Assembly: GCA_963666425.2 (NCBI GenBank)
Contig: OY762825.2
Coordinates: 2,816,001-2,880,000, forward strand
Length of the DNA stretch: 64,000 bases
Origin: Bacillota bacterium
GTDB taxonomy: Bacteria > Bacillota > JAAYKD01
Direction of reading: 5' to 3'
Made by a program: the position numbers and the translations under genes. Position 1 is the first letter of the stretch, and the number at the start of each line of letters is the position of its first letter. The notes beneath the pieces are model-generated. The model was not told the origin of the DNA and did no database searches. It saw only the letters and a program-made list of their open reading frames with translations. Shown piece after piece: positions 50,641-60,439 of this stretch.

Positions 50641-51600
50641 ATGGATTATCAGAAGCTATTGGAATACAGCGATAATTGGTTGAAATATGCGATCCGGCTC
50701 AATTTACAATTTGAGCCTAAGGATAATCTGGTCGAACTCAGAGATGCAGCATTAGCGGATAGCCGCATCCAATACTATCTTAATAGTATTCAGGCCTTTC
50801 ATACAACGCTGGTAACAAATCATAAAAATCCAGATCTACCAATTCAAAAACTGCTGTTTTTACTTGACTTGGGATTCGGTGTTGACGTTCCGGAAATCAA
50901 AGCGGCTGTTGACGAAATTCTAAAACATCGGGATGAGCACGGTATTTATCAATCCATGACCAATGTGCCAAAGCATTATGGCGGTAGAGGCGAAGATGTA
51001 TTTAGTTGGTGCCTGTGTGATGCTCCTTTGCTATTGCTAGCTTTATTAAAGGCGGGCATGGATTATCAAGAATACATCAAACCCGGTGTTGATTACCTGG
51101 TATTAATAAATCGTGAGAACGGGTTTCCTTGTACAGTCTCCCCGGAACTAGGCAGATTTCGTGGTCCCGGGAAAAAAGACGACTGCTGTTCCTATGCAAC
51201 ACTGATAATGGCTGATTTATTATCAAATATACCGGAGTATCAGGACTCCCAAGTTGTGGCTTCCTCAGTAAATTCGCTGCTTGATTTATGGGAAAATAGT
51301 ATGGGACAACATCCCTATATGTTCTATATGGGAACAGACTTCCGAAAGCTGAAGGCACCGTCCTGTTGGTATGATATTGTAAGCGTAGCTGGAGTTTTAA
51401 GTAAACACCAGTTTGCAAGACGCGACTCACGTTTTATGGAAATGATAGCAATCATAAAAGACAAACAAGATAAAAGCGGCTTTTTCACGCCGGAATCGGC
51501 CTACCTGAAAATGAAAGATTGGGATTTTGGACAAAAGAAAACGCCGTCCCCATATTTGACCTATTTATGTCTTCGCATTTTCAAACGTTTAGAGCATTAA
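50641..51600 (+). CDS. Hypothetical alpha-helical protein (prenyltransferase-repeat-like)
   Basis: 319-aa ORF with RBS; GTDFRKLKAP.WYDI motif. Confidence 0.7.
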   Translation: MDYQKLLEYSDNWLKYAIRLNLQFEPKDNLVELRDAALADSRIQYYLNSIQAFHTTLVTNHKNPDLPIQKLLFLLDLGFGVDVPEIKAAVDEILKHRDEHGIYQSMTNVPKHYGGRGEDVFSWCLCDAPLLLLALLKAGMDYQEYIKPGVDYLVLINRENGFPCTVSPELGRFRGPGKKDDCCSYATLIMADLLSNIPEYQDSQVVASSVNSLLDLWENSMGQHPYMFYMGTDFRKLKAPSCWYDIVSVAGVLSKHQFARRDSRFMEMIAIIKDKQDKSGFFTPESAYLKMKDWDFGQKKTPSPYLTYLCLRIFKRLEH

Positions 51601-51630
51601 TGTTCCAGGGGGACGGGGGTGTTGGCACAG
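51601..51630 (+). repeat. Core repeat, copy 14 (consensus)
   Basis: Exact consensus, 0 nt after TAA 51600. Confidence 0.97.
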
Positions 51631-51638
51631 AGTTGAAT

Positions 51639-51879
51639 AATTTTTGGTTCTGCCGGTTCGGGGAAGACTACACTTGGCAAGATGGTAGCCACAGCGATGT
51701 CTTTTCCGTATTTCGATCTTGACGACTATATCTGGAGAAAAGATACTGCCGAACCCTATACTGTGATGTTTTCACGTGAAGAGAAAGCCAATCGGTTAAT
51801 GGAAGCGATCTCAGGAGAGGAGCATTTTGTTATGGCTGGATCGATGGATAGCTTCCATTCTCCGTTTGATCCGCTGTTT
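51639..51879 (+). pseudogene. Internal fragment of the 47794 kinase gene
   Basis: Diverged copy of about 47811-48050, lacking the start and the 3' half. Confidence 0.9.
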
Positions 51880-52029
51880 TGGCTTTCTTGCAGGCGAGAC
51901 AAGGTTATGTATATGCTAATCTAAATGTTGACCAGTTTAGCACCGAATGCTAAACGAAAAGTTGACCACCTTGAGCCCCTTTCCTGTTATGATGTATTTG
52001 CGAGAAACATCAAGCAGGAGGAAAGGAAA

Positions 52030-53499
52030 ATGTACAAGATGGTCGATAAAGAGTATATCAGAAAACTGTATTACATGGAAGACTGGCCCATCAGGAAAAT
52101 CAGTCGTCAGCTTCAGATATCACGTCAAGCCATCCGAAAAATGATAGAGGATACGGAAAAGCCAAAGTATGAAATTAAGAAAGAGCGGCCGGCACCGGTC
52201 ATGGATCAGTATTTGGAAATATTGCGGAAATGGATTGAAGAAGACGAGAAAGCTCCGAAAAAACAAAGGCATACTGCGATACGAATGTATGAACGCTTAA
52301 GGGATGAACATAATTTTACCGGTGGCAGTTCAACCGTGAGACAGAGCGTTGCCAAATTGAAAAACAAAGTACCGGAAGTATTTATACCTTTGACGGCAGC
52401 ACCGGGTGAACAGGTTCAGGTAGACTTCGGGCATGCACAAGTGGTGCTGGCCGGTCATGAACAGAAAGTAAATATCTTTTGCATGCGTTTGAAGCACAGT
52501 TCGGTACCCTTTGTTGTAGCTTTTCCAACAGAACGGCTGGAAGCCTTTTTGGAAGGACACGTTCAAGGTTTTGCTTACTTCGGTGGTGTGCCAAGAGAAG
52601 GTCTCTACGATAATGCGAAGACGCAGGTCGTGAAGATCTTAGAGGGGCCTTACCGCCAAGAACACGAGGATTTCTCAAGTTTACGCTCTCACTATTTGTT
52701 TAACAGTCTTTTTTGCCGACCGAGAAAAGGTAATGAGAAAGGAGCGGTAGAGGGTCTGGTGAAGCAAGTACGCAGCCAAGCAATGGTTCCCGTGCCGGAA
52801 TGCGAAAATTTGGAAGAACTTAACGCTTTATTACTGAATTGGTGTAAGAAAGAAAAATCAAGAAACCAAGAAAAGTGGTTAGCTGAACAGGCGCAATTAC
52901 GTCCTTTGCCAGTAGAACCATACTCGGCAGCAAAAATAGTGGCTGCGAAGGTGAGTTCTTACTCACTGGTGACCATTGACCGAAACCGTTACTCCGTTCC
53001 CACAGAGTTTGTAGGAGAAAACTTATTTGTTAAAGCTTATGTGAATCGCATAGAAGTTCTGCACCGTAACCATGTTATTGCGACTCACGATCGCTGCTAC
53101 GGTAGGAACCATACTTCTTTACAATTAGAGCATTATCTCAATGCCTTAGAGAAAAAACCACACGCGGTAACACATGCTACGGTGGTTCGCCAATTGCCTT
53201 TACCTTTTCAGCAGGTCAAAGAGAACATGGAGCAAGCGCACGGAACCGGCTACAAAGATTTTTTACGAGTTCTTTTGTTAACACACGAGTATCCGTTGAA
53301 TGAAATAGGTGCTGCGATTACCGACCTTGGGGCTTCTCGAGCCTGCGAAGAGACCCTGAGACACTATTTACAAAGTAAACGAAACCCATTAGAAGAACAG
53401 CGAGACCCACAAAGACAACTCCTCACCAATGGGATTCCCCTGATCACCATACAAGATACTCAACGCTATGATTTGTTGTTGCAGGGGGTGAGAGCATGA
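52030..53499 (+). CDS. istA: IS21 transposase
   Basis: QVDFG, LYDNAK, GNEKGAVE, NRYSVP. Confidence 0.95.
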   Translation: MYKMVDKEYIRKLYYMEDWPIRKISRQLQISRQAIRKMIEDTEKPKYEIKKERPAPVMDQYLEILRKWIEEDEKAPKKQRHTAIRMYERLRDEHNFTGGSSTVRQSVAKLKNKVPEVFIPLTAAPGEQVQVDFGHAQVVLAGHEQKVNIFCMRLKHSSVPFVVAFPTERLEAFLEGHVQGFAYFGGVPREGLYDNAKTQVVKILEGPYRQEHEDFSSLRSHYLFNSLFCRPRKGNEKGAVEGLVKQVRSQAMVPVPECENLEELNALLLNWCKKEKSRNQEKWLAEQAQLRPLPVEPYSAAKIVAAKVSSYSLVTIDRNRYSVPTEFVGENLFVKAYVNRIEVLHRNHVIATHDRCYGRNHTSLQLEHYLNALEKKPHAVTHATVVRQLPLPFQQVKENMEQAHGTGYKDFLRVLLLTHEYPLNEIGAAITDLGASRACEETLRHYLQSKRNPLEEQRDPQRQLLTNGIPLITIQDTQRYDLLLQGVRA

Positions 53500-54260
53500 G
53501 TCTTGATATAACCGAGGCTCAAATTGAGCTCTCTTGTAAACTTCTTCGCTTACCAGGCTTGAAACAACAGTTTCGCGCTCTGGTTCGCGAAGCAAACGAA
53601 AGGAACCTGAATTGTAGTCAATTCTTGAAACTGTGCTTAGAACAAGAAATTCACGATCGCCAGGTAAAGAAACAGCAAATTCTGCTTCGTCAGGCTAAAT
53701 TCCCGGCAAAGAAGACCTTGGCGGATTTCGATTTTACGAAAATCCCGCAACTGCCAAAGAACAAAATATTAAAGCTTGCCGATTCCGAATATGTTAAGCG
53801 TAAAGAAAATATTATTTGTATTGGCAGAGCTGGAACGGGAAAAAGTCATATTAGCATTGCCTTGGGAATGGAAGCTTTACAAAAGGGTTTTCGAGTTCGG
53901 TTCATTTCAGTGATGCAGCTTTTGCAGGAAATTCAATTGGCTGAAGCGGAATTCCGCTTACCCCGCTACTTAAAAGCATGGAACCGAGTCGATCTTGTTA
54001 TTCTTGATGAACTTGGTTATCTCCCACTTGGGGAACAGGGTAAACTACTATTTCATTTTATCTCTCAACGTTACGAAACAGGAAGCTTGATAATAACCTC
54101 TAACTTAGAGTTTTCCCGCTGGGTTGAAGTCTTGCATGACCCAGCATTAACTTCTGCCTTGCTAGACAGACTGACTCACCATTCTAATATTATCCTTTTC
54201 GATGGAGAATCGTATCGCTTTCGCGAAAGCCTGGCTCGCCAGGCGGTGGATTTGAATTAG
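53496..54260 (+). CDS. istB: IS21 helper ATPase
   Basis: GRAGTGKSH, ILDELGY, LLDRLTHH. Confidence 0.95.
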   Translation: MSLDITEAQIELSCKLLRLPGLKQQFRALVREANERNLNCSQFLKLCLEQEIHDRQVKKQQILLRQAKFPAKKTLADFDFTKIPQLPKNKILKLADSEYVKRKENIICIGRAGTGKSHISIALGMEALQKGFRVRFISVMQLLQEIQLAEAEFRLPRYLKAWNRVDLVILDELGYLPLGEQGKLLFHFISQRYETGSLIITSNLEFSRWVEVLHDPALTSALLDRLTHHSNIILFDGESYRFRESLARQAVDLN

Positions 54261-54548
54261 TTTTCACTAAGTTTTTATCTTATTTTTTTACGCCAAGGTG
54301 GTCAACTTTTCGAATAGCAAGGTGGTCAACTTTTCGATTGACAAATACAAGGTTAGGATTAACCAATATCTGGTTCATTAAAAAATACTATTTGTGTCAT
54401 GCAAACCGAGCCAATATACAGTAACATTAGCAATTATCTCGAGATGAAGGCTGAATCGACATTGACAATTCCGATTTTTTAAAGTAAATTATGCTGGAAG
54501 ACAAATTTTACTTTCTGTATTAGAAAAAGAAAAACGGAGGGAATCATC

Positions 54549-54926
54549 ATGATCAAACTACCAGAGACTGTTCTTAAAGCTTGGGAAAATCGAGAGAATG
54601 CTATTGTTTTAACTACCGTAGATGAGCAAGGACTACCGAATGCCATCTATGCAACCTGTGTCTCACTGTTTAATGACAGCACATTTGTCATTGCAGACAA
54701 TTTCTTTGACAAAACTCGTAAGAATATTTTGGCAAAGAGTGCGGGATCGCTTCTTTTTATTACAAAAGATGGTAAATCGTACCAGGTAAAAGGCACACTC
54801 ACCTATCATAAGGAAGGTGAAATCTTCGATAATATGAAGCAATGGAATCCTACAAGATTACCGGGTCACGCAGCTGCGGCATTAAATATTACAGAAGTTT
54901 ATTCAGGCTCTACTAAGCTTGCCTAA
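54549..54926 (+). CDS. Pyridoxamine 5'-phosphate oxidase-family protein
   Basis: LTTVDEQGLPN, DNFFDKTRKNI, YQVKG. Confidence 0.85.
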   Translation: MIKLPETVLKAWENRENAIVLTTVDEQGLPNAIYATCVSLFNDSTFVIADNFFDKTRKNILAKSAGSLLFITKDGKSYQVKGTLTYHKEGEIFDNMKQWNPTRLPGHAAAALNITEVYSGSTKLA

Positions 54927-54997
54927 CTAAATGGATTAAACTTCATAGAGATAGGCTTACGAAGTTTGCAAATGACCTCGGAAGCCTATTATTATAT

Positions 54998-55027
54998 TGT
55001 TCCAAGGGGACGGGGGTGTTGGCACAG
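54998..55027 (+). repeat. Core repeat, copy 15
   Basis: One mismatch; tail internally deleted. Confidence 0.95.
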
Positions 55028-55115
55028 CAGCAGACCCGCAATTCAATCAAATATGTCTCAGCAAGAAGCTTAGCAACATTAGGTAGCAATGAGATTAGAA
55101 TTAGGAGTTGATGAA

Positions 55116-56816
55116 ATGAATAAAAGATTTGTTGGCATGTGCATGCTGTTTTTTGCATTTAGTATAGCATTTATGAACCCGGTTTTTGCTGCAAATGGAT
55201 CAATCGACGTCATAACAACACTCCCAACTTTTAATGTTACTCTGAATGGTGTAGAAATTAACAACCATGCTAACCTGTATCCTTTACTGGTATATAAGGA
55301 CATTACTTATTTCCCATTGACATATAGTGACAGTAGATTTTTGGGCTTGGAATCCAACTGGAAGGGAATCCAAGAAGGTCTATCGATTGATTCGACAGAT
55401 ATTACTGCTGCGTATGATCTTCATCAAACAGAGGATAACTATGACAGTGGCTATCTGGCAACAATGCCATCCTTCCCAGTTATGATAAACGGGAAGTTAA
55501 TTGATAACAGTAGGGAAGAATATCCGATATTGTTATTTCGGAATATAACATATTTTCCAATCACCTGGCGGTTCGCGGTTGATGAATTTGATTGGGATTA
55601 TAGTTTTGATTTGAATAACGGTCTGTCGATCGAATCGAATAACATTCATTTGCTCCAAAGCTCAGTTCCCAATGACAGAGCGGAAGACTCAGAAGTAATG
55701 GCAATAGCAGGTGGGTATCTCTATTATGTCGGCGCAAATGGATGGATCATGCAATCCAAGATTCTTCCTGTCAGTACTATTGAACTTTTCCATGGTATGA
55801 ACGAAGCAACAATAGGCAAAGCAGTCTATCAACTCCCTTTTAACAGTCTAGGTGATGGTAAATCATATGTTTTACCCCGGTTATATTCAGAAAATGGAGA
55901 GGCTTATCTATCGTTTTATAATGGCGGAGCGACCATGGGAACGGATTATCTCTTTCACCTGAACGGTGATGGAGCCACACTGATCAATCATTCCAGAAAC
56001 GTTAATAAATCTTTTGGAGATAAAGAATTCCTTTGGTGGGTAGGATCTGCACCGGCTGCAGGAAATTTGTACATGAAAACCTCAAGTACGGTTAATACTG
56101 CGGACCCAACTTATCCCGGCTGGGAAAAAATAGGATCCCCAGATTACCTGTATGGCTGGAACTGGAGTATTGACGATTCGGTTGGCATTCCGGGCGTGAG
56201 TGAGGGTGGGTCCGGATCGAGCGACTGCTATCTGATTGGCGATAATTTATATATTCTTGCATTTGATACGCGGGCAGCTGCTGAATATATCAAAAACGGC
56301 GGTAGCAAACCGACAACCGGACTGTATCAGGTGAATATTAAGACGAATGAAACGAAAAGAATTAGCGAACAGGAAGTGACAGGATTTACTGTTGATGGTG
56401 ATTCTATTTACTATCATAATCGATATGTCGAGCTCTTCCGGTATCAAATATCGGAAAAGAAGGAATATCCATTACCGACAAAACTTGAGAGAGGTAACAA
56501 TTTCATTGAGCGCTTTGAAGTTCTGGGAGGTCAGATCTATTTTGAAAGCGGAGTGGATCACGGACTCTATCATCCTGCTTATGAGACGATCGGATGGAGT
56601 GTGCGCGAATTGAAACTGACCGGTTCCAATCAGGACTATGTAGCTTGTACGCTCTCGGGGAGTCCAGAGTTTCCCGACAGGATTGTTTTGTTTGATCGCA
56701 CAGGAAAAAAGGTCTTCAGATCATCGGATGAATCGCGCGCACTAACAGTTGAAGGTGACTATATTTACTATTTCAATCAAAGCACCAACACAATCTGCAT
56801 AGGAGACTTAAAGTGA
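55116..56816 (+). CDS. Secreted/surface protein (two YP.L.Y..ITYFP repeats plus beta-propeller-like C-terminus)
   Basis: Signal peptide ending VFA-A; its stop TGA begins a degenerate repeat. Confidence 0.75.
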   Translation: MNKRFVGMCMLFFAFSIAFMNPVFAANGSIDVITTLPTFNVTLNGVEINNHANLYPLLVYKDITYFPLTYSDSRFLGLESNWKGIQEGLSIDSTDITAAYDLHQTEDNYDSGYLATMPSFPVMINGKLIDNSREEYPILLFRNITYFPITWRFAVDEFDWDYSFDLNNGLSIESNNIHLLQSSVPNDRAEDSEVMAIAGGYLYYVGANGWIMQSKILPVSTIELFHGMNEATIGKAVYQLPFNSLGDGKSYVLPRLYSENGEAYLSFYNGGATMGTDYLFHLNGDGATLINHSRNVNKSFGDKEFLWWVGSAPAAGNLYMKTSSTVNTADPTYPGWEKIGSPDYLYGWNWSIDDSVGIPGVSEGGSGSSDCYLIGDNLYILAFDTRAAAEYIKNGGSKPTTGLYQVNIKTNETKRISEQEVTGFTVDGDSIYYHNRYVELFRYQISEKKEYPLPTKLERGNNFIERFEVLGGQIYFESGVDHGLYHPAYETIGWSVRELKLTGSNQDYVACTLSGSPEFPDRIVLFDRTGKKVFRSSDESRALTVEGDYIYYFNQSTNTICIGDLK

Positions 56817-56840
56817 GCCAGGGGGGCGGGGATGGCAAAG
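56814..56840 (+). repeat. Core repeat, copy 16 (degenerate)
   Basis: tgagccaggggggcggggatggcaaag. Confidence 0.72.
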
Positions 56841-57004
56841 CAATTTCTGGTTAGCTTTAGTGAAGTAGGTTTTCACTTGATGCAGCAGACGTGAAGACGA
56901 TGTATTCTAAACATGCGGGTGGAATGAGTGAGCTGAACTCTGCGTGGCTATGCCATAGTGTTGATTTTAGATAGAGATTGATTAGAATTTAATGAGGTAA
57001 GAAA

Positions 57005-57544
57005 ATGAATGCATTAATTATCAATTGCAGCCCCGTACGAACGGGGGCCACTGCTGAAATTGTCAGGATTGCTGCTGAAATCTTGAATGAGAAATATTGT
57101 ACAAAAGCGGTTTGTATAGATGATTACGATATTCGTTTTTGCACAGGATGTAGAAGTTGTCATACAACGGCTGAGTGTATCCAGCATGATGATGTAGCGC
57201 AAGTGATGGAGGAATTTGAATGGGCTGACGTTATTGTATCAGTAGCTCCTTCGTATTGGGCAGACATACCGGGGCAATTTAAAGCATTCATTGACAGATG
57301 CACTCCGTGGTGCGACACGCACCAACCTCATGCATCGATCAGTAGTGGAAAAAAAGGCTATACAATTGCATTGAGAACCGGTCCAAGTATGAGAGAATGC
57401 AATCGAGTAATAGAAAGCATTGAGCACTTCTACGGCCATTTGGCAATTGCGTGCTGCAATAAGCTTGGTTTATGTTCTATCGAGTGTAAAGACATGGTAG
57501 AACCAAGAAGGAATGAAATTATTGAATTTTGCAGAGGAATCTAA
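57005..57544 (+). CDS. Flavodoxin/iron-sulfur flavoprotein family
   Basis: SPVRTGAT, CTGCRSC..C, PSYW..KAFIDR. Confidence 0.87.
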   Translation: MNALIINCSPVRTGATAEIVRIAAEILNEKYCTKAVCIDDYDIRFCTGCRSCHTTAECIQHDDVAQVMEEFEWADVIVSVAPSYWADIPGQFKAFIDRCTPWCDTHQPHASISSGKKGYTIALRTGPSMRECNRVIESIEHFYGHLAIACCNKLGLCSIECKDMVEPRRNEIIEFCRGI

Positions 57545-57695
57545 CTCGGCAAAGTATGATGACTTATTTTCAAAAGGCAGCAAAATAAAGAAAGTGCTTA
57601 TCTTGCGCCTCCTGAAACTGCGCTCACCGATGGCACCGATTTTCAGGCTGAAATTGTCCGCCATGTTGTCTCAACTCTTCAAAAAGCATGAAAAA

Positions 57696-59516
57696 GGGGC
57701 TGTAGCAAAACAGCCTAAAAAAACAGAGCCAAGTGGCTGCGAAAAGCAGACACAAGGCTCTGTTTTTTTGGTATAATTGAATCGTGAAAAAACCACTACA
57801 CCGTGTCCATTATGGCACGAAAAAAAGAAATGTGCAACTAAAACTTGACGAATTTTTTGCTGAGAAAATAATTCCTGCAGATGACAGTGTGCGGCTCTTA
57901 GACGAAATAATGGAGGAGATGGATGAGACCCCGCTTTGGAGAGCATATCAACGCACAGGCCGTCGCCCGGCAACAAATCCCGTTACCATGCTGAAGCTAA
58001 TGGTATATGCCAGTATGCAAGGCATTTTTTCCAGCCGCGCCATCGCCATGGCATGTAAGCGAGATATCAATTTCATCTGGCTGCTCAATGGAAAAAAAGC
58101 ACCTAACCACAGCGAAATCGCGCGTTTTCGAAGTAAACGGCTGACAAAATGCGGTGAGGAGCTTTTCTACCAATTGGTGAAAAAGCTGGCAAACTTGAGT
58201 GAAATCAAGTTTGAGCATCTGTTTGTAGACGGGACAAAACTCGAAGCGAATGCGAACAAGTATAGCTTTGTCTGGAAAAAAAGCACGACGAAATATGAAA
58301 GCAGGCTACTTGACAAACTGTCGAAGTGGCTGCCTGAGCTGTCTGCAAAATACGGTATTCTGGCAGAAACGTCGGAAGATTTGCTGCAGATCCTCGAGCG
58401 CCGGATAACCGCACCGTTTGTCTACGGCAAGGGCAAGCGAAAAAGCGAGTTGCAAAGGGATATCGAGCAGCTTCGGGAACTGCTCGGCCGGAAAGAAAAG
58501 TATGCCGGATATCAAACGACCTTCCAAGGGCGGAATAGCTTCTCTAAAATTGATCCGGATGCGACTTTCATGCATATGAAAGACGATCATATGCGTAACG
58601 CGCAATTGAAACCGGGTTATAACATCCAACTTGGAGTGGAAGGTGAATATATTACAGGTGTCCAGGTTTCCAGTGAGCGCAGCGATCAGCTTACACTCAT
58701 ACCCTTGCTGGAAAATATGGAATCACATCTGGGGACAAGTTACGAAGATGTCACAGCGGATGCGGGTTATGAGAGCGAGGAAAATTACACCTTTTTTGAA
58801 AATAAAACCACACAGTGTTACATTAAGCCTCAAAATTATGAGCGGTCTAAAACGAAGAAATACAAGAGCAACATGGCGCTGAGGGAAAACATGGCCTATG
58901 ACAAGACACTGGATGAATACACCTGTCAGGCTGAAAAGAAGCTCAGAGCAGTTTATACAGGCAAACGTAAGAGCAAGTCTGGTTTTGAAAGTGAGATCAC
59001 CTACTACGCATGTGAGGATTGCGGAACGTGTCCCTATAAAAAGAAATGCACCCGATCGAAGGGAAACAGGAAACTGCAGGTCTCCAAGAAATTCATTGAG
59101 CAGCGTCAACAGTCACTGGAGCGGATCACCAGTGCCAAGGGGATCTTGCTGCGGATGAATCGTTCCATTCAGTCAGAAGGAGCCTTCGGCGTGATCAAGC
59201 AGGATTACGGCTTCCGTCAGTTCCTGCTCCGCGGCAATAAAAAGGTTTTGGCAGAGATTCTTTTGGTGGCAATGGGCTACAACATCAACAAATTACACAA
59301 CAAGATTCAACAAAATCGCACCGGCAGACAATTGTTTAAAAAACTTACGGCTTAACAATAGTAAAAATCAGAATATTTCCTGTATTTGGGTGAGATTTTA
59401 TCTGACCTTTATATTTCTGTCTGCTGTTTTTCGTATTAGCTTGTTTTTCGTTTGTGAAAAATGATACTGGAGCATCAAAAAGAGACTGTAGCAATTTTTC
59501 ATTTTGCTACAGCCCC
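57696..59516 (+). mobile_element. IS1182-family insertion sequence
   Basis: Terminal IR ggggctgtagcaaaa / ttttgctacagcccc around the transposase; target duplication not resolved. Confidence 0.9.
57784..59355 (+). CDS. IS1182-family transposase
   Basis: FVDGTKLEANANKY, DPDATFM, KPGYN, ADAGYESEEN, EGAFG. Confidence 0.93.
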   Translation: MKKPLHRVHYGTKKRNVQLKLDEFFAEKIIPADDSVRLLDEIMEEMDETPLWRAYQRTGRRPATNPVTMLKLMVYASMQGIFSSRAIAMACKRDINFIWLLNGKKAPNHSEIARFRSKRLTKCGEELFYQLVKKLANLSEIKFEHLFVDGTKLEANANKYSFVWKKSTTKYESRLLDKLSKWLPELSAKYGILAETSEDLLQILERRITAPFVYGKGKRKSELQRDIEQLRELLGRKEKYAGYQTTFQGRNSFSKIDPDATFMHMKDDHMRNAQLKPGYNIQLGVEGEYITGVQVSSERSDQLTLIPLLENMESHLGTSYEDVTADAGYESEENYTFFENKTTQCYIKPQNYERSKTKKYKSNMALRENMAYDKTLDEYTCQAEKKLRAVYTGKRKSKSGFESEITYYACEDCGTCPYKKKCTRSKGNRKLQVSKKFIEQRQQSLERITSAKGILLRMNRSIQSEGAFGVIKQDYGFRQFLLRGNKKVLAEILLVAMGYNINKLHNKIQQNRTGRQLFKKLTA

Positions 59517-59548
59517 TTAAAAGACGTTTATGGTCATCCTAATGATAA

Positions 59549-59992
59549 CTATTCGCTGGTTTCGCATTCGCTTTGCATTTTCTTTAACGCATTATTGAAT
59601 TCACTGGCAATTCTATTTTCGTTGATCCACATCACAAGATTTACGGTTAAATCTATTATGAAGATAGCAACACCAAGCGCTATCGTCATAGAGATATCGT
59701 TAAGCAGTCCAATGAAATAGAGAACTGACAGAATGATAGCTTCAAGCAAGATGAAGTGAAGAAGGTTTCTTATCGCTGCCTGCTTCAAAGACATCTCTCG
59801 TTTTGAGTATTTCACTAGTGTGGGAAGTGAAGCAGTCGCACCGAAGATTAATGGTGAAAAAAACGCTTCATAACCAAACCGAGTGTTGGGTTCGTAGAGC
59901 AAGCCAATCAGAGCCATAGCCAGGCAAATGCATGTAACCGATATAAAAAAGCTTATCATAACCTTTTTTATAAAAAAAGTTTTAAAGTCCAT
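59549..59992 (-). CDS. Four-TM membrane protein (DUF3021-like)
   Basis: Hydrophobic segments; coupled to the LytTR gene. Confidence 0.7.
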   Translation of the reverse strand: MDFKTFFIKKVMISFFISVTCICLAMALIGLLYEPNTRFGYEAFFSPLIFGATASLPTLVKYSKREMSLKQAAIRNLLHFILLEAIILSVLYFIGLLNDISMTIALGVAIFIIDLTVNLVMWINENRIASEFNNALKKMQSECETSE

Positions 59993-59993
59993 T

Positions 59994-60437
59994 TTATTTA
60001 CCTCCCATGACTGCGCGTTTTATTTCCGGCACATACTGCCTTGATATGATGATCTCTTCACCGTTTTTCATGTGAGCCGTAAATCGCCCGTTTAAAGCCG
60101 GGCTGATGCCCTCAAGCTTCATCAGGTTGAGAACAAAGGATTTAGAGCAGCGGACAAAATGTTTATCCGCATAAGCATTCTCAAGCTCATACAGACGGAT
60201 TTTGAGTTCATACGACCTGCTCTTTGTATAGGCAAACACCCGCTCGTCCACCGCCTCAAAATAGAAAACCTCGGAGAGATTAAACTGATAGATACGCTCG
60301 TCAACGTTTCCCGTTAATATTGTCCCCTTGGTGAGAGCATACGAGCGTATACTCTCGATATCGGGTGTTACCTCAACGCATTCTATAATCAGACACTCAT
60401 CGGCTTTTTCGCTGATTTGCTTGATACGTACTTTCAT
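59994..60437 (-). CDS. LytTR-family DNA-binding regulator
   Basis: YFEAVD, RLYELE, FVRCSKS, ISRQY. Confidence 0.9.
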   Translation of the reverse strand: MKVRIKQISEKADECLIIECVEVTPDIESIRSYALTKGTILTGNVDERIYQFNLSEVFYFEAVDERVFAYTKSRSYELKIRLYELENAYADKHFVRCSKSFVLNLMKLEGISPALNGRFTAHMKNGEEIIISRQYVPEIKRAVMGGK

Positions 60438-60439
60438 GA

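Larger units (their letters stand above)
51908..54349 (+). mobile_element. IS21-family insertion sequence
   Basis: TGT...ACA imperfect terminal IRs with repeated GTTGACCA boxes; 6-bp target duplication AGGTTA (51902-51907 / 54350-54355). Confidence 0.95.

Noticed and set aside
51544-51551. ccgtcccc as a minus-strand core copy
   Set aside because: Only 8 nt match, inside a coding region, with no stem arms.
51601-51630. Repeat as a Rho-independent terminator
   Set aside because: Large G-rich loop and no U-tract; it also truncates genes and is read through by ORFs.
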